Assembly (NCBI GenBank): GCA_050701635.1
Contig: JBOGDF010000001.1
Span: 1-63,256 of the forward strand
Length of the DNA: 63,256 nucleotides
DNA from: Micromonosporaceae bacterium
GTDB taxonomy: Bacteria; Actinomycetota; Actinomycetes; Mycobacteriales; Micromonosporaceae
Direction of reading: 5' to 3'
Both the position numbers and the translations under genes were made by a program. Every line of letters starts with the position of its first letter. Within the stretch, counting starts at the first letter, position 1. Below the pieces are notes generated by a model, which ran no database searches, had not been told where the DNA came from, and worked only from the letters and a program-made list of their open reading frames with translations. This document shows, one piece after another, positions 15,987 to 24,448 of the stretch.

Positions 15987-16949
15987 TTACCACGCAACCT
16001 TGACCACCGCGGTCAGCACCAGCTGGCCCAGCGCGACCGGCACCAGCACCAGCCAGCACAGGCGCTGCAGCTGGTCTTCCCGCAGCCGGGGGTACGCCAC
16101 CCGCAGCCACACGATCACGAAGCTGACCGCGAACACCTTCACCAGCGTCCACAGCCAGCCCAGCTCGGCGTCGAGGAACGGGCCCTTCCAACCGCCGAGG
16201 AACAGCACCGTGGTGAGCGCGGCGATCACGATGATCCCGACGTACTCGGCGAGCAGGAAGAACGCGAACCGCAGCCCGGTGTATTCGGTCATGTAGCCGA
16301 ACACCAACTCGGAGTCGGCGATCGGCATGTCGAACGGCGGGCGCCGGATCTCCGCCAGCCCGGCGATGAAGAACACCGCCGCCGCCGGCGCCTGCCACAG
16401 CAGCCACCACGGCCGCCACGCCTCCACGATCCCGGTCAGCGACAGTGTCCCGGCCGCCATCGCCACCGACGCCGCGGCCAGTACGAACGGCAGCTCGTAC
16501 CCCAAAAGTTGGGCAGCGGCGCGCAGCCCGCCGAGCAGGCTGTACTTGTTGGCGCTGGCCCAGCCGGCCATCAGCACCGCGACAATCCCGACGCCGACGA
16601 TGGCGAGCACCATGAACAGCCCGATGTCGAGCGGCTGCGCCACCAGGTCGCGAGGCCCGAGCGGGATCACCAGCAGCGCCACCAGGTAAGGCACCAGCGC
16701 CACGATCGGCGCCAGCCGGAACACCGGCCGGTCGGCGGCGCGCGGCACCACTTCTTCCTTCTGTACGAACTTGATGCCGTCGGCGATCAGCTGTGCCCAG
16801 CCGTGGAACGCGCCGGCGTACATCGGGCCGAGCCGGCCCTGCATGTGCGCCATCACCTTGTGTTCCATCTGGCCCACGATCAGCGGCAACGTCAGGAACG
16901 CGGCCACCACCGCACCGATCCGCAGCGCCAGCTCCAACCACAGCGGCAT
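15987..16949 (-). CDS. nuoH2: NADH-quinone oxidoreductase subunit H, paralogue 2
   Basis: NuoH-type blocks MQGRLGPMYAGAFHGWAQLIADGIKF and PPFDMPIADSELVFGYMTEYTG. The start overlaps the nuoC2 stop by 1 nt. Confidence 0.85.
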   Translation of the reverse strand: MPLWLELALRIGAVVAAFLTLPLIVGQMEHKVMAHMQGRLGPMYAGAFHGWAQLIADGIKFVQKEEVVPRAADRPVFRLAPIVALVPYLVALLVIPLGPRDLVAQPLDIGLFMVLAIVGVGIVAVLMAGWASANKYSLLGGLRAAAQLLGYELPFVLAAASVAMAAGTLSLTGIVEAWRPWWLLWQAPAAAVFFIAGLAEIRRPPFDMPIADSELVFGYMTEYTGLRFAFFLLAEYVGIIVIAALTTVLFLGGWKGPFLDAELGWLWTLVKVFAVSFVIVWLRVAYPRLREDQLQRLCWLVLVPVALGQLVLTAVVKVAW

Positions 16950-17587
16950 CAGCCCTCACCGCCCTCTGGCGAGCTGCCCTCCGGCTCGCTGTCCGGCTGC
17001 GGCGGGCTGCCCGCTTGCGGTCCCCATTCACTGGGATCTGGTACGCCGGGCGGCCGCATCGGGGCCCGCTTCCCGCGCGCGGGGGCGGCGTGGGATTCGC
17101 CGGGCTCCTTGGCGCCGGGCCACGGCTTCGCGACCCGGGACGCGAGCACGAACTCCTTGCGCAGCGGGTGCCCCTCGAACTCCTCCGGCAGCAGCAGCGG
17201 CTTCAGCCCCGGGTGCCCGTCGAACCCGACGCCGAACATCTCGTACGTCTCCCGCTCGTGCCACGCCGCGCCGGGGAACAGCTCCACGATCGACGCGAGG
17301 TGCGCGTCCTCGCGCGGCACCCGGGTCCGCAGCAGCACCCCGTGTTTCGCGGCGACCGACCACAGGTGCGCCACGATCGAGAAGCCTTCCTCCAGCTCGT
17401 CCACAGCGGACAGCCAGTCGAAGAAGTCGCAACCCAGCTCGTCCCTCGCGGTCCGTACCGCCTCGGTCCACCGATCCGGGGGTACGTCGACCGTGGCGCG
17501 CGCGTGGTCGTTGCCGCCCGACACGCTCGCCTCGCACGGCGCACCGAGCAGCTCCACCAGCCGCGTACCAACCTCGTCGGGCGTCAT
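16949..17587 (-). CDS. nuoC2: NADH-quinone oxidoreductase subunit C, paralogue 2
   Basis: NuoC signature FPGAAWHERETYEMFGVGFDGHP. The start is at MTPDEV (ATG 17587). It has a Pro/Gly/Ser-rich C-terminal tail. No NuoD domain is fused to it. Confidence 0.8.
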   Translation of the reverse strand: MTPDEVGTRLVELLGAPCEASVSGGNDHARATVDVPPDRWTEAVRTARDELGCDFFDWLSAVDELEEGFSIVAHLWSVAAKHGVLLRTRVPREDAHLASIVELFPGAAWHERETYEMFGVGFDGHPGLKPLLLPEEFEGHPLRKEFVLASRVAKPWPGAKEPGESHAAPARGKRAPMRPPGVPDPSEWGPQAGSPPQPDSEPEGSSPEGGEG

Positions 17588-17625
17588 GGTTACCGATCCT
17601 ACGGCCAGCGGCGGGCCGGTCAGCG

Positions 17626-18360
17626 TCACCGGCCGCCGCTGACGTCGAGGATGGTGCCGGTGGCGTACGAGGCTTCGTCGGAGGCCAGCCACAGGATGGC
17701 GGGCGCGATCTCGTCCACGGTGCCGGGGCGCCCCAGGGGCGGGGAGCCGCCGACCCGGTCCAGCCGGCCGGGGGCCTGGATCTCGGTGTCGATCAGGCCG
17801 GGGCGTACCGCCGTCACCCGGATCCCGTCGGCGGCGACCTCCTTGGCGAGCCCGATGGTGAGCGCGTCGACGCCGGCCTTGGCGGCGGCGTAGTCGACGT
17901 ACTCTCCGGGGCTGCCCAGCACGGAGGCGCGGGAGGAGACGTTGACGATGACGCCGCCGGAGCCGCCGTACCGGGTGGACATCCGGCGTACCGCCTCCCG
18001 GCAGCAGAGCAGGGTGCCGGTGAGGTTGACCGCGACCACCCGCTGCAGCCGCTCGGCGGTGAACTCTTCGAGCCGCTGCAGCTCTCCGACGATGCCGGCG
18101 TTGTTCACCACGGCGCGCAGCGTGCCCCAGTCGCCGACGGTCGCGAACAGCCGCTCGACGTCCGCCTCGATCGCGACATCCGCCGGTACGGCGATCCCGC
18201 GCACCCCGGCCGCTTCGCAGTCGGCCACCACCGCGGCCGCTTCGTCGCCGCGTACCCGATAACTGATCGCCACGTCCCAGCCGCGTCGGGCGGCGAGCCG
18301 TGCGGTGGCGGCGCCGATCCCCCGGCTGCCGCCGGTGATCAGCATGGTCGGTCGCGTCAT
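17626..18360 (-). CDS. SDR-family oxidoreductase
   Basis: TGGSRGIG dinucleotide motif, NNAG, and a Y-x3-K catalytic pair (YAAAK). The start is at MTRPTMLITGG (ATG 18360). Confidence 0.85.
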   Translation of the reverse strand: MTRPTMLITGGSRGIGAATARLAARRGWDVAISYRVRGDEAAAVVADCEAAGVRGIAVPADVAIEADVERLFATVGDWGTLRAVVNNAGIVGELQRLEEFTAERLQRVVAVNLTGTLLCCREAVRRMSTRYGGSGGVIVNVSSRASVLGSPGEYVDYAAAKAGVDALTIGLAKEVAADGIRVTAVRPGLIDTEIQAPGRLDRVGGSPPLGRPGTVDEIAPAILWLASDEASYATGTILDVSGGR

Positions 18361-18421
18361 GCCGCCAGCTTTCCAGGCGGCTGCCCGGAAACTGTCACAG
18401 CATCCCTCTAGGGTCGCGGTC

Positions 18422-18775
18422 ATGACGATGCAGATGGGCGGCGTGACGATCGACTGCGAGGACCCGCGCGGTCTCGCCGAATTCTGGACCAAGGCCGTGG
18501 GGTACGAGATAACCCAGGACTTCGAGGGCTTCTTCGTGATGCTCACCCCGACCGACGGCGGCGGCTACATCGGGCTGCAGAAGGTCCCCGAGAAACGCGC
18601 CGGGAAGAACCGCGTACACATCGACTTCGCGACTCAGGACCGGAAGGCCGAGGTGGAGCGGCTGATCGGGCTGGGCGCGACCGCCGTGGCCGAGCACAGC
18701 GTGCCCGGTCTCACCTGGAGCGTGCTGCAGGATCCCGAGGGCAACGAGTTCTGTGTCGGCTCGCACCACGGCTGA
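18422..18775 (+). CDS. VOC/glyoxalase-fold family protein
   Basis: 117 aa with FWTKAVGYE, NRVHIDF and LQDPEGNEFCV, typical of glyoxalase-like domain proteins. Confidence 0.7.
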   Translation: MTMQMGGVTIDCEDPRGLAEFWTKAVGYEITQDFEGFFVMLTPTDGGGYIGLQKVPEKRAGKNRVHIDFATQDRKAEVERLIGLGATAVAEHSVPGLTWSVLQDPEGNEFCVGSHHG

Positions 18776-18802
18776 GCCGCGGGCACCAACCACTGACGCG
18801 GG

Positions 18803-19393
18803 TCAGTGCGGCGTGACCGTTGGCGCGGTGAGGGCGGCGGCGTCCGTACCCCCGGCACGTCCGGCGGCACCGGGTGACCGGTCGTCACGGGCGAGACCGC
18901 CGAGACCGGCCTGCTCGGCGGCGATCTTCTCCTGCAGCCGCAGGATGCCGTGCAGCAGCGCCTCAGGCCGGGGCGGGCAGCCGGGCACGTAGACGTCGAC
19001 CGGGATCAACTGGTCGACGCCCTTGGTCACCGAGTAGGAGTCCCAGTAGGGGCCGCCGCAATTGGAGCATGCGCCGAACGAGATCACGTACTTCGGCTCG
19101 GGCATCTGGTCGTAGAGCCGTTTCACCGCGGGCGCCATCTTGTCGGTGACGGTGCCCGAGACCACCATCAGGTCGGCCTGGCGCGGGCCGTGCGCGAACG
19201 GGATCACGCCCAGCCGGATGAAGTCGTGGCGCCCCATCGAGGTCGCGATGAACTCGATGGCGCAGCAGGCGAGCCCGAAGTTGAACACCCAGAGGCTGTA
19301 GCGGCGACCCCAGTTCAGCACGAACCGGATCGGCTCGCCGAGCACTCCGGCGACGCCGCCACGCCGCTGCGCACTCACCGGCAAGGTCGTCAT
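18803..19393 (-). CDS. nuoB2: NADH-quinone oxidoreductase subunit B, paralogue 2
   Basis: The N2-cluster ligand pattern is retained: [19 protein letters not shown] and PGCPPRPE. Confidence 0.85.
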   Translation of the reverse strand: MTTLPVSAQRRGGVAGVLGEPIRFVLNWGRRYSLWVFNFGLACCAIEFIATSMGRHDFIRLGVIPFAHGPRQADLMVVSGTVTDKMAPAVKRLYDQMPEPKYVISFGACSNCGGPYWDSYSVTKGVDQLIPVDVYVPGCPPRPEALLHGILRLQEKIAAEQAGLGGLARDDRSPGAAGRAGGTDAAALTAPTVTPH

Positions 19394-19443
19394 GGCGCCA
19401 GCGTATCGGGCGCCGGTCCGCCCTGACGGATTGCGGGGCGCTG

Positions 19444-19458
19444 GCTAATGCTGTTAGC
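19444..19458. promoter_or_regulatory. AT-rich palindrome (candidate TetR operator) between divergent nuoB2 and tetR
   Basis: GCTAATGCTGTTAGC forms the inverted repeat GCTAA-N5-TTAGC. It sits inside an unusually AT-rich stretch (19441-19480) that also contains GCTAGC. Confidence 0.3.
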
Positions 19459-19507
19459 TTTTACGCTATGAGTGCTAGCCGTCGCGTATCGCGCCTGGGA
19501 GGCGACC

Positions 19508-20098
19508 GTGCCTAGGGCAGGTTTGTCGACCCGCGCCGTCGTCGACGCCGCCCTCGACCTGATCGACGCCAGAGGTCCGGACGCGCTCACGCTGGCCGCG
19601 GTCGCCGGGCGTACGGGGGTTGCCACGCCGTCGCTGTACAAGCACGTCGGCAGCCTCGCCGAGCTGCGTACGCTGCTCGCCGTACGGGTGCTGGAGGAGC
19701 TCACCGAGCAGCTCACCGCCGCCGCGCTCGGGACGTCCGGCGACGACGCGACGACCGCGCTGATGCACGCGTACCGCCGGTACGTCCAGCAGCACCCCGC
19801 CCGGTACGCCGCCCTGCCCCCGGATCCGCTGCATGATCCGGAGCTGGCCGCCGCCGGCACGAAGCTGCTGCACGTCGTGCTCGCCGTGCTCCGCGGGTAC
19901 GACCTCGCCGACTCCGACCTGATCCACGCCACCCGCGCGCTGCGGGTGATCGCGCACGGCTTCGCCTCGATCGAGGCCAGCGGCGGCTTCGGGCTGCCGG
20001 AAGCCGTCGACGAGACGTACCACCAAATGATCCAGATGTTTCTCGCCAACCTCCCGCGCCCCTCGCAGAAGCGCCCCTCGCAGCACCGCCCCTCGTAA
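19508..20098 (+). CDS. TetR-family transcriptional regulator
   Basis: HTH LTLAAVAGRTGVATPSLYKHVGS. GTG 19508 has GGGAGG 6 nt upstream. The C-terminus carries a 15-bp tandem repeat encoding PSQKRPSQHRPS. Confidence 0.8.
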   Translation: MPRAGLSTRAVVDAALDLIDARGPDALTLAAVAGRTGVATPSLYKHVGSLAELRTLLAVRVLEELTEQLTAAALGTSGDDATTALMHAYRRYVQQHPARYAALPPDPLHDPELAAAGTKLLHVVLAVLRGYDLADSDLIHATRALRVIAHGFASIEASGGFGLPEAVDETYHQMIQMFLANLPRPSQKRPSQHRPS

Positions 20099-20110
20099 AG
20101 GAGTCCCACC

Positions 20111-20761
20111 ATGTCCGCGTACCGGATCCGGCTCGGCGCACTCGCCCTCGGCGCCGCCGCCGTGCTGTTCGTGCTCTACTCCGCCACCCGCCCGTGGCAC
20201 GACGAGACCACCGCGGCCGGCGCCGCCGCCGCGCTCGGCTCCGGCGCCTGGGTCGCCTCGCACCTGTTCGCCATGATCGGCTTCATCCTGGTGCCGCTCG
20301 GGCTGCTCGCGCTGCGCGCCGTGGTCAGCCGTACCGGCGCCGAGCGGCTGGCGTTCTCCGGGGCCATCACCAGCTGGATCGGCGCCGGGCTGACCCTGCC
20401 GTACTACGGCGCCGAGGATTTCGCGCTGCACGCGATCGCGAAGGCGGCGGCCGGCGGCGAGCAGCTCGACCTGGTGAAGCTGACCGAAGCCTTCCGGTAC
20501 GACCCGGTGGCGGCGACCACGTTCGCGATCGGGCTGCTCCTGCTCGGGGTCGGGGCGGTGCTGGCCGCCGTCGCGGTGTGGCGCTCCGGCGTACTGGCCC
20601 GGGCCAGCGGGATCCCGTTCGCGCTCGGGTTCGCGCTGTTCATCCCGCAGTTCTACACACCTCCGGCGGTACGGATCGCGCACGGCGTACTGCTCGGGGC
20701 CGGGCTGGCGTGGCTGGCCTGGGAGCTGTGGCGTACCGGCCGGACCGAGGTCGCGAGCTGA
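20111..20761 (+). CDS. Hypothetical polytopic membrane protein
   Basis: 216 aa with about 6 hydrophobic segments. It starts 12 nt after tetR, so it is probably the regulated partner gene. Confidence 0.6.
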   Translation: MSAYRIRLGALALGAAAVLFVLYSATRPWHDETTAAGAAAALGSGAWVASHLFAMIGFILVPLGLLALRAVVSRTGAERLAFSGAITSWIGAGLTLPYYGAEDFALHAIAKAAAGGEQLDLVKLTEAFRYDPVAATTFAIGLLLLGVGAVLAAVAVWRSGVLARASGIPFALGFALFIPQFYTPPAVRIAHGVLLGAGLAWLAWELWRTGRTEVAS

Positions 20762-20765
20762 CCGC

Positions 20766-21606
20766 TCAGGTACGACGGCGGCGCCGTACGGCGGCCCACG
20801 CGGCCACGGCAACGGCGCCACCGAGCACCACGACCACGCACCACATCCACAGGTCATTGACCGCGTCGTAGTGGTCGCTGTCGTACGGGCCGAGCACCGC
20901 GTACGCCAGCTCCGCCAGCAGCGGACCGGAGACCGCCGCGACCACGGGGTGCCGTTCCTCCCGGGGGGCTACGCCAACTGATCACGCCGCACAGCGCGAC
21001 CGCCGGGACCAGGCTCGCGATCAGCATCGCCACATCCACCCAGTCCCACAGCCGGAGTGGTGGGAAGCTCAGCACCGGCCACCAGCTCGGCAGCACACCG
21101 ATCAGGTGCAGCGGCTGCGTCGCGGCGATCAGCCAGCCGGTGCCGATCCACAGCAGGATCCCGCGCCGCAGCTCCGGCCGCCCGGCCAGCACCGCCACCG
21201 CGGCACCGCCGATCACCACTGCGGCCACCGCCGGATACCACGCGTCAATGTCGGCGTCCGGCACCCGGCGCGCCAACGCCTGGACGTACGGGACCTGCGC
21301 CGTACCGCCGATCGCCGCGGCCACCCCGATCCCGAGCCGGCTCCACACCGGCAGCACCTCCGGTACGGATTCGGGCGCCACCGCGCGGCCTACCCGTACC
21401 GCGGCCAGCGCGCCGAGCAGGATGCCGGTCGCGACTTACCAGACGATGAGGGCCTGCTGGTACTGCTGGGTGTCGTTGCCCGCCTCGTACACCTGGGCGG
21501 GTTGCAGCACGCCGGTCGCCTGGGCCAGCCACAGCTGCGCCAACCCGAGTACGACGCCGCCGCACACCGCCAAGCCGGCCAGCATCCACCACCGACCACG
21601 ACTCAT
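20766..21606 (-). pseudogene. Disrupted membrane-protein gene (in-frame TAA plus a frameshift at a homopolymer)
   Basis: Hand translation from ATG 21606 gives MSRGRWWMLAGLAVCGG...QQALIVW, then TAA (21436-21438). The same frame continues as VATGILLGALAAV... into ORF 20854..21381. After the G6/C6 run at 20963-20968, the hydrophobic reading (ERHPVVAAVSGPLLAEL...WMWCVVVVLGGAVAVAAWAAVRRRRRT, stop 20766) continues in another frame. Confidence 0.55.
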
Positions 21607-21639
21607 CACCGGGCACCGTAGTGACCCGGCACAAGCCGG

Positions 21640-22446
21640 TCAGGCGCGCTCGGCTTTGTCCAGGTGCGCCTCGAGCGCGGCGGTGACCGCCTCGGGCTCC
21701 TCCAGCGTGGAGGTGTGGCCGGCGCGGGGCACCCGTACCAGCGTCGAGCCGACGATGTCCGCGTGGATCCGCTCGGCCTTCGCCGGTGGGGTCGCGACGT
21801 CCTCCTCACCGACCAGCACCAGCGTCGGGGCGGTGATCGCGGGCAGCAGGTCGTACACCTCGGGGCGCTCGATCACCCCGTACGTGGCCCGCACCGCCCC
21901 GGTACGGTCCTTCCGCAGCAGCTCCTGCCGCAACTCTTCCCGCCGCGCCGCCCGGGCCGGGTCCGTCAGGAACGTCGAGCCGAACATCACCTTCATCACC
22001 TGACCGGCGACCGGGCGCGGTCCGAACAGCTTGTAGATCAACGCGAGCAGCCGGTAGCGCACCACCTTGTCCGGATCCTCGGGCCCGGCGGAGGTGTCCA
22101 GCAACGACAGCGACCGCACCCGCTCCGGGTGCCGGGCCGCCAACCGCATCCCGATGAAACCGCCCATCGACAGCCCGACGTAGTGCGCCGACTCCAGCTC
22201 CAGCGCGTCGAAGACCCCCACCAGGTCTCCGGTGAGCGCGTCCATGTCGTACCCGGCGGGGGTCACCTCGGAGCCGCCCTGGCCCCGCCAGTCGACCGTG
22301 ATGCACCGGTACCGGTCGCGCAGCGCGTCGATCTGAGGGCGGAACATCTCCCCGGTCCAGAGCAGCCCGTGGCCGAACACCACCGGCGGCCCGGACCCTT
22401 CGTCCGAGACCTGCAACGTCGCGCCATTGATCCTCATCGTCGGCAT
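21640..22446 (-). CDS. Alpha/beta-fold hydrolase
   Basis: HG oxyanion motif (VVFGHGLL), nucleophile elbow GLSMGG and a C-terminal AGH. Confidence 0.85.
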   Translation of the reverse strand: MPTMRINGATLQVSDEGSGPPVVFGHGLLWTGEMFRPQIDALRDRYRCITVDWRGQGGSEVTPAGYDMDALTGDLVGVFDALELESAHYVGLSMGGFIGMRLAARHPERVRSLSLLDTSAGPEDPDKVVRYRLLALIYKLFGPRPVAGQVMKVMFGSTFLTDPARAARREELRQELLRKDRTGAVRATYGVIERPEVYDLLPAITAPTLVLVGEEDVATPPAKAERIHADIVGSTLVRVPRAGHTSTLEEPEAVTAALEAHLDKAERA

Positions 22447-22481
22447 GTGCCGGATTGTCCCGACCCATGCCGACGATGTCG

Positions 22482-22648
22482 AGGAGTCTGCTGAATAACT
22501 CCGGTCGAGTCGCGGCGAGGCCCATTTGTCGGTCCGGCAAGGCGGAGATTTGTCCGAATACCGGTGTTGTATTCGGGCGAATCTCCAACGCCGCCGGTCG
22601 GCAAATGGGTCCGGCGCGGCCGACCAGCGAGTTGTTCAGCAGACTCCT
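22482..22648. repeat. Imperfect palindromic element of about 167 bp (MITE-like or a large hairpin)
   Basis: The left arm (22482-22560) aligns by hand with the reverse complement of the right arm (22570-22648). Examples: AGGAGTCTGCTGAATAACTC vs AGGAGTCTGCTGAACAACTC, the block CCCATTTG in both arms, GGAGATT in both arms, and the arm-proximal CCGAATA in both arms. The centre is CGGTGTTG. It starts 3 nt after the GH20 stop and ends 36 nt before the hydrolase start. Confidence 0.75.
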
Positions 22649-22651
22649 AGA

Positions 22652-24280
22652 TCACGGCCAGGGGACGTCGGGGGCGCGGTAGTAGTTCACGCTGAGTACG
22701 TCCCAGCGCGGACCCTGCGCCGCGAGCCGCTTGCTGTACGTACGCCAGTCGTGGGTCGACGCCGGGGACCAGCCGATCTCGGCGATCCCGGGCAGCCGCG
22801 GGTACGCCATGAACTCCAACTTGTTCACGTCGTCCAGCGTCTCCGTCCACAGCGGCGCCTCGACCCCGGCGATGCTCGTCTCACCGACGCCGTTGACCTG
22901 GCTGGCCGGATCCCAGCTGTACGACAGCTTGGTCGGCACGTACCCGGCCCAGGTCAGCCCGCACGGGGTGGACCGGTCGTACTTCATGTCGAGGTACGCC
23001 CGGTTCGCCGGCGACATCACGACCTTGGCGCCCTTCGACACCGCGAGCCGCGCCAGGTCGGCCGAGCGGGTGTCCCCCGTCCCCCAGTACTGCGTGGTGG
23101 CGCCGGCGGGCAGCGGCCCGGCGGCGATCTCCTGCCAGCCCATCACCTGCTTGCCGTACGTACCGAACATCGGGAACACCCGGGTCAGGAACGTCCGGTA
23201 GTCCGCCGGCGGGGTCGAGTGCGCCTCGTCGCCGCCCATGTGGATCCGGCTGCCCGGCGTGATCGCGGCCAGCTCCCGCAGCACGTCGTTGACGAAGGTG
23301 TACGTGATCTCCTTACCGATGCACAGCGAGCTGAACCCCACGTCGGTGCCGGTGTAGAGCGGTGGTGCCACGCCGTCGCAGTTGAGCTCGGCGTACGAGG
23401 CGAGCGCGGCGTTGGTGTGGCCCGGCATGTCGATCTCGGGCACCACGGTCATGTACCGCGCGGCGGCGTAGTTCACGATCTCGGTGTAGTCGGCCTTGGT
23501 GTAGTAGCCGCCGGGCGTACCGCCGACCTCCAGGCTGCCGCCGTACGTCGCGAGCCGCGGCCAGCTGTCGATCACGATCCGCCAGCCCTGGTCGTCGCTG
23601 AGGTGCAGGTGGAAGGTGTTCATCTTGTACATCGAGGCCAGGTCGATGTAGCGCTTCACCTCGGCCACCGACATGAAGTGGCGGGAGACGTCGAGCATCG
23701 TCCCCCGGTACGCGAACCGCGGCGCGTCGCTGATCGCCACCGCCGGCACCGTCCACGGCCCCGGCTGTACGGTCGGCGCCTCGATCGCCGGGGGCAGCAG
23801 CTGCCGCAGCGTCTGCACCCCGCGGAACAGCCCCTGCGCCCCGTGCGCCGTCAGCGTCACGTTCGCCGGGTCCGCGCTGAGCCGGTAGCCCTCCGCGCCG
23901 AGGCTGCTGGCGCCGCCGGCGTCGAGCACGATCGCGCCGCTCGGGCCGGGGCCGTCCGCCACGGTCACCGGCACCGGGTAGCCGGTCGACGGACGCAGCA
24001 GCGCGGCGAGGTAGTTGGCGACGTTCACCGCGTCGGCGGAGCCGGGGCGTACCACCACGCCGGTGGCGGCGGTGAGCCCGAAGCCGGCTCCGGACTGCGT
24101 GGTCACCGACGCCGGCTGCGGCACCAGCGGCAGCTGCGCCGGGCGCCGCGCCGCCACGGCGATCGACTCACCCGCCAACGCCGGCACGGCGACAACACCG
24201 CAGGTCAGCGCCGCGACGGCGGCGACGATCACGTACCACTGACTGCGAAAAACTGCGCGGAATGAGCCCACTCCAGTCAT
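22652..24280 (-). CDS. Secreted GH20 beta-N-acetylhexosaminidase
   Basis: Signal peptide ...VAVPALAGES. GH20 blocks RGTMLDVSRHF, NTFHLHLSDDQGWR, PEIDMPGHTNAA and HMGGDEA. Confidence 0.9.
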   Translation of the reverse strand: MTGVGSFRAVFRSQWYVIVAAVAALTCGVVAVPALAGESIAVAARRPAQLPLVPQPASVTTQSGAGFGLTAATGVVVRPGSADAVNVANYLAALLRPSTGYPVPVTVADGPGPSGAIVLDAGGASSLGAEGYRLSADPANVTLTAHGAQGLFRGVQTLRQLLPPAIEAPTVQPGPWTVPAVAISDAPRFAYRGTMLDVSRHFMSVAEVKRYIDLASMYKMNTFHLHLSDDQGWRIVIDSWPRLATYGGSLEVGGTPGGYYTKADYTEIVNYAAARYMTVVPEIDMPGHTNAALASYAELNCDGVAPPLYTGTDVGFSSLCIGKEITYTFVNDVLRELAAITPGSRIHMGGDEAHSTPPADYRTFLTRVFPMFGTYGKQVMGWQEIAAGPLPAGATTQYWGTGDTRSADLARLAVSKGAKVVMSPANRAYLDMKYDRSTPCGLTWAGYVPTKLSYSWDPASQVNGVGETSIAGVEAPLWTETLDDVNKLEFMAYPRLPGIAEIGWSPASTHDWRTYSKRLAAQGPRWDVLSVNYYRAPDVPWP

Positions 24281-24448
24281 GTTTGCTCCCCAGGTCGACT
24301 GACATCGTTATACCGAGGGCCGACCGGAATGTCATCACCGACGAGCGCGTCGCGCGCGGACGCAACCCCACCCAAGATCGCCAATTGGGGTACGAAAATG
24401 CAGCGTGACCGCACATCCGTACCCGAAACAGCGATCTTGACAGTTGAC

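Noticed and set aside
20053-20098. A 15-bp tandem repeat (GCGCCCCTCGCAGAA / GCGCCCCTCGCAGCA / CCGCCCCTCG) at the 3' end of tetR.
   Set aside because: It lies inside coding sequence and gives a short PSQKRPSQHRPS tail. It is probably harmless replication slippage and not a regulatory or CRISPR-like array.
21390-21599. A 69-aa Cys/Trp/Arg-rich minus-strand ORF upstream of the membrane-protein ORF.
   Set aside because: It is an off-frame reading of the same DNA that, in the correct frame, encodes the N-terminal part of the disrupted membrane protein.
22455-22682. A 75-aa ORF and its mirror-image minus-strand ORF inside the 167-bp palindrome. They encode similar peptides (...VFGxIS...RQMG...ELFSRLLD).
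   Set aside because: The peptide similarity follows directly from the DNA symmetry. No RBS or family resemblance was seen. I treat it as a non-coding repeat.
24281-24448. Looked for a DasR (dre) site upstream of the GH20 hexosaminidase gene.
   Set aside because: The best candidate (AGGTCGACTGAC) matches the remembered TGGTCTAGACCA core poorly. No call was made.
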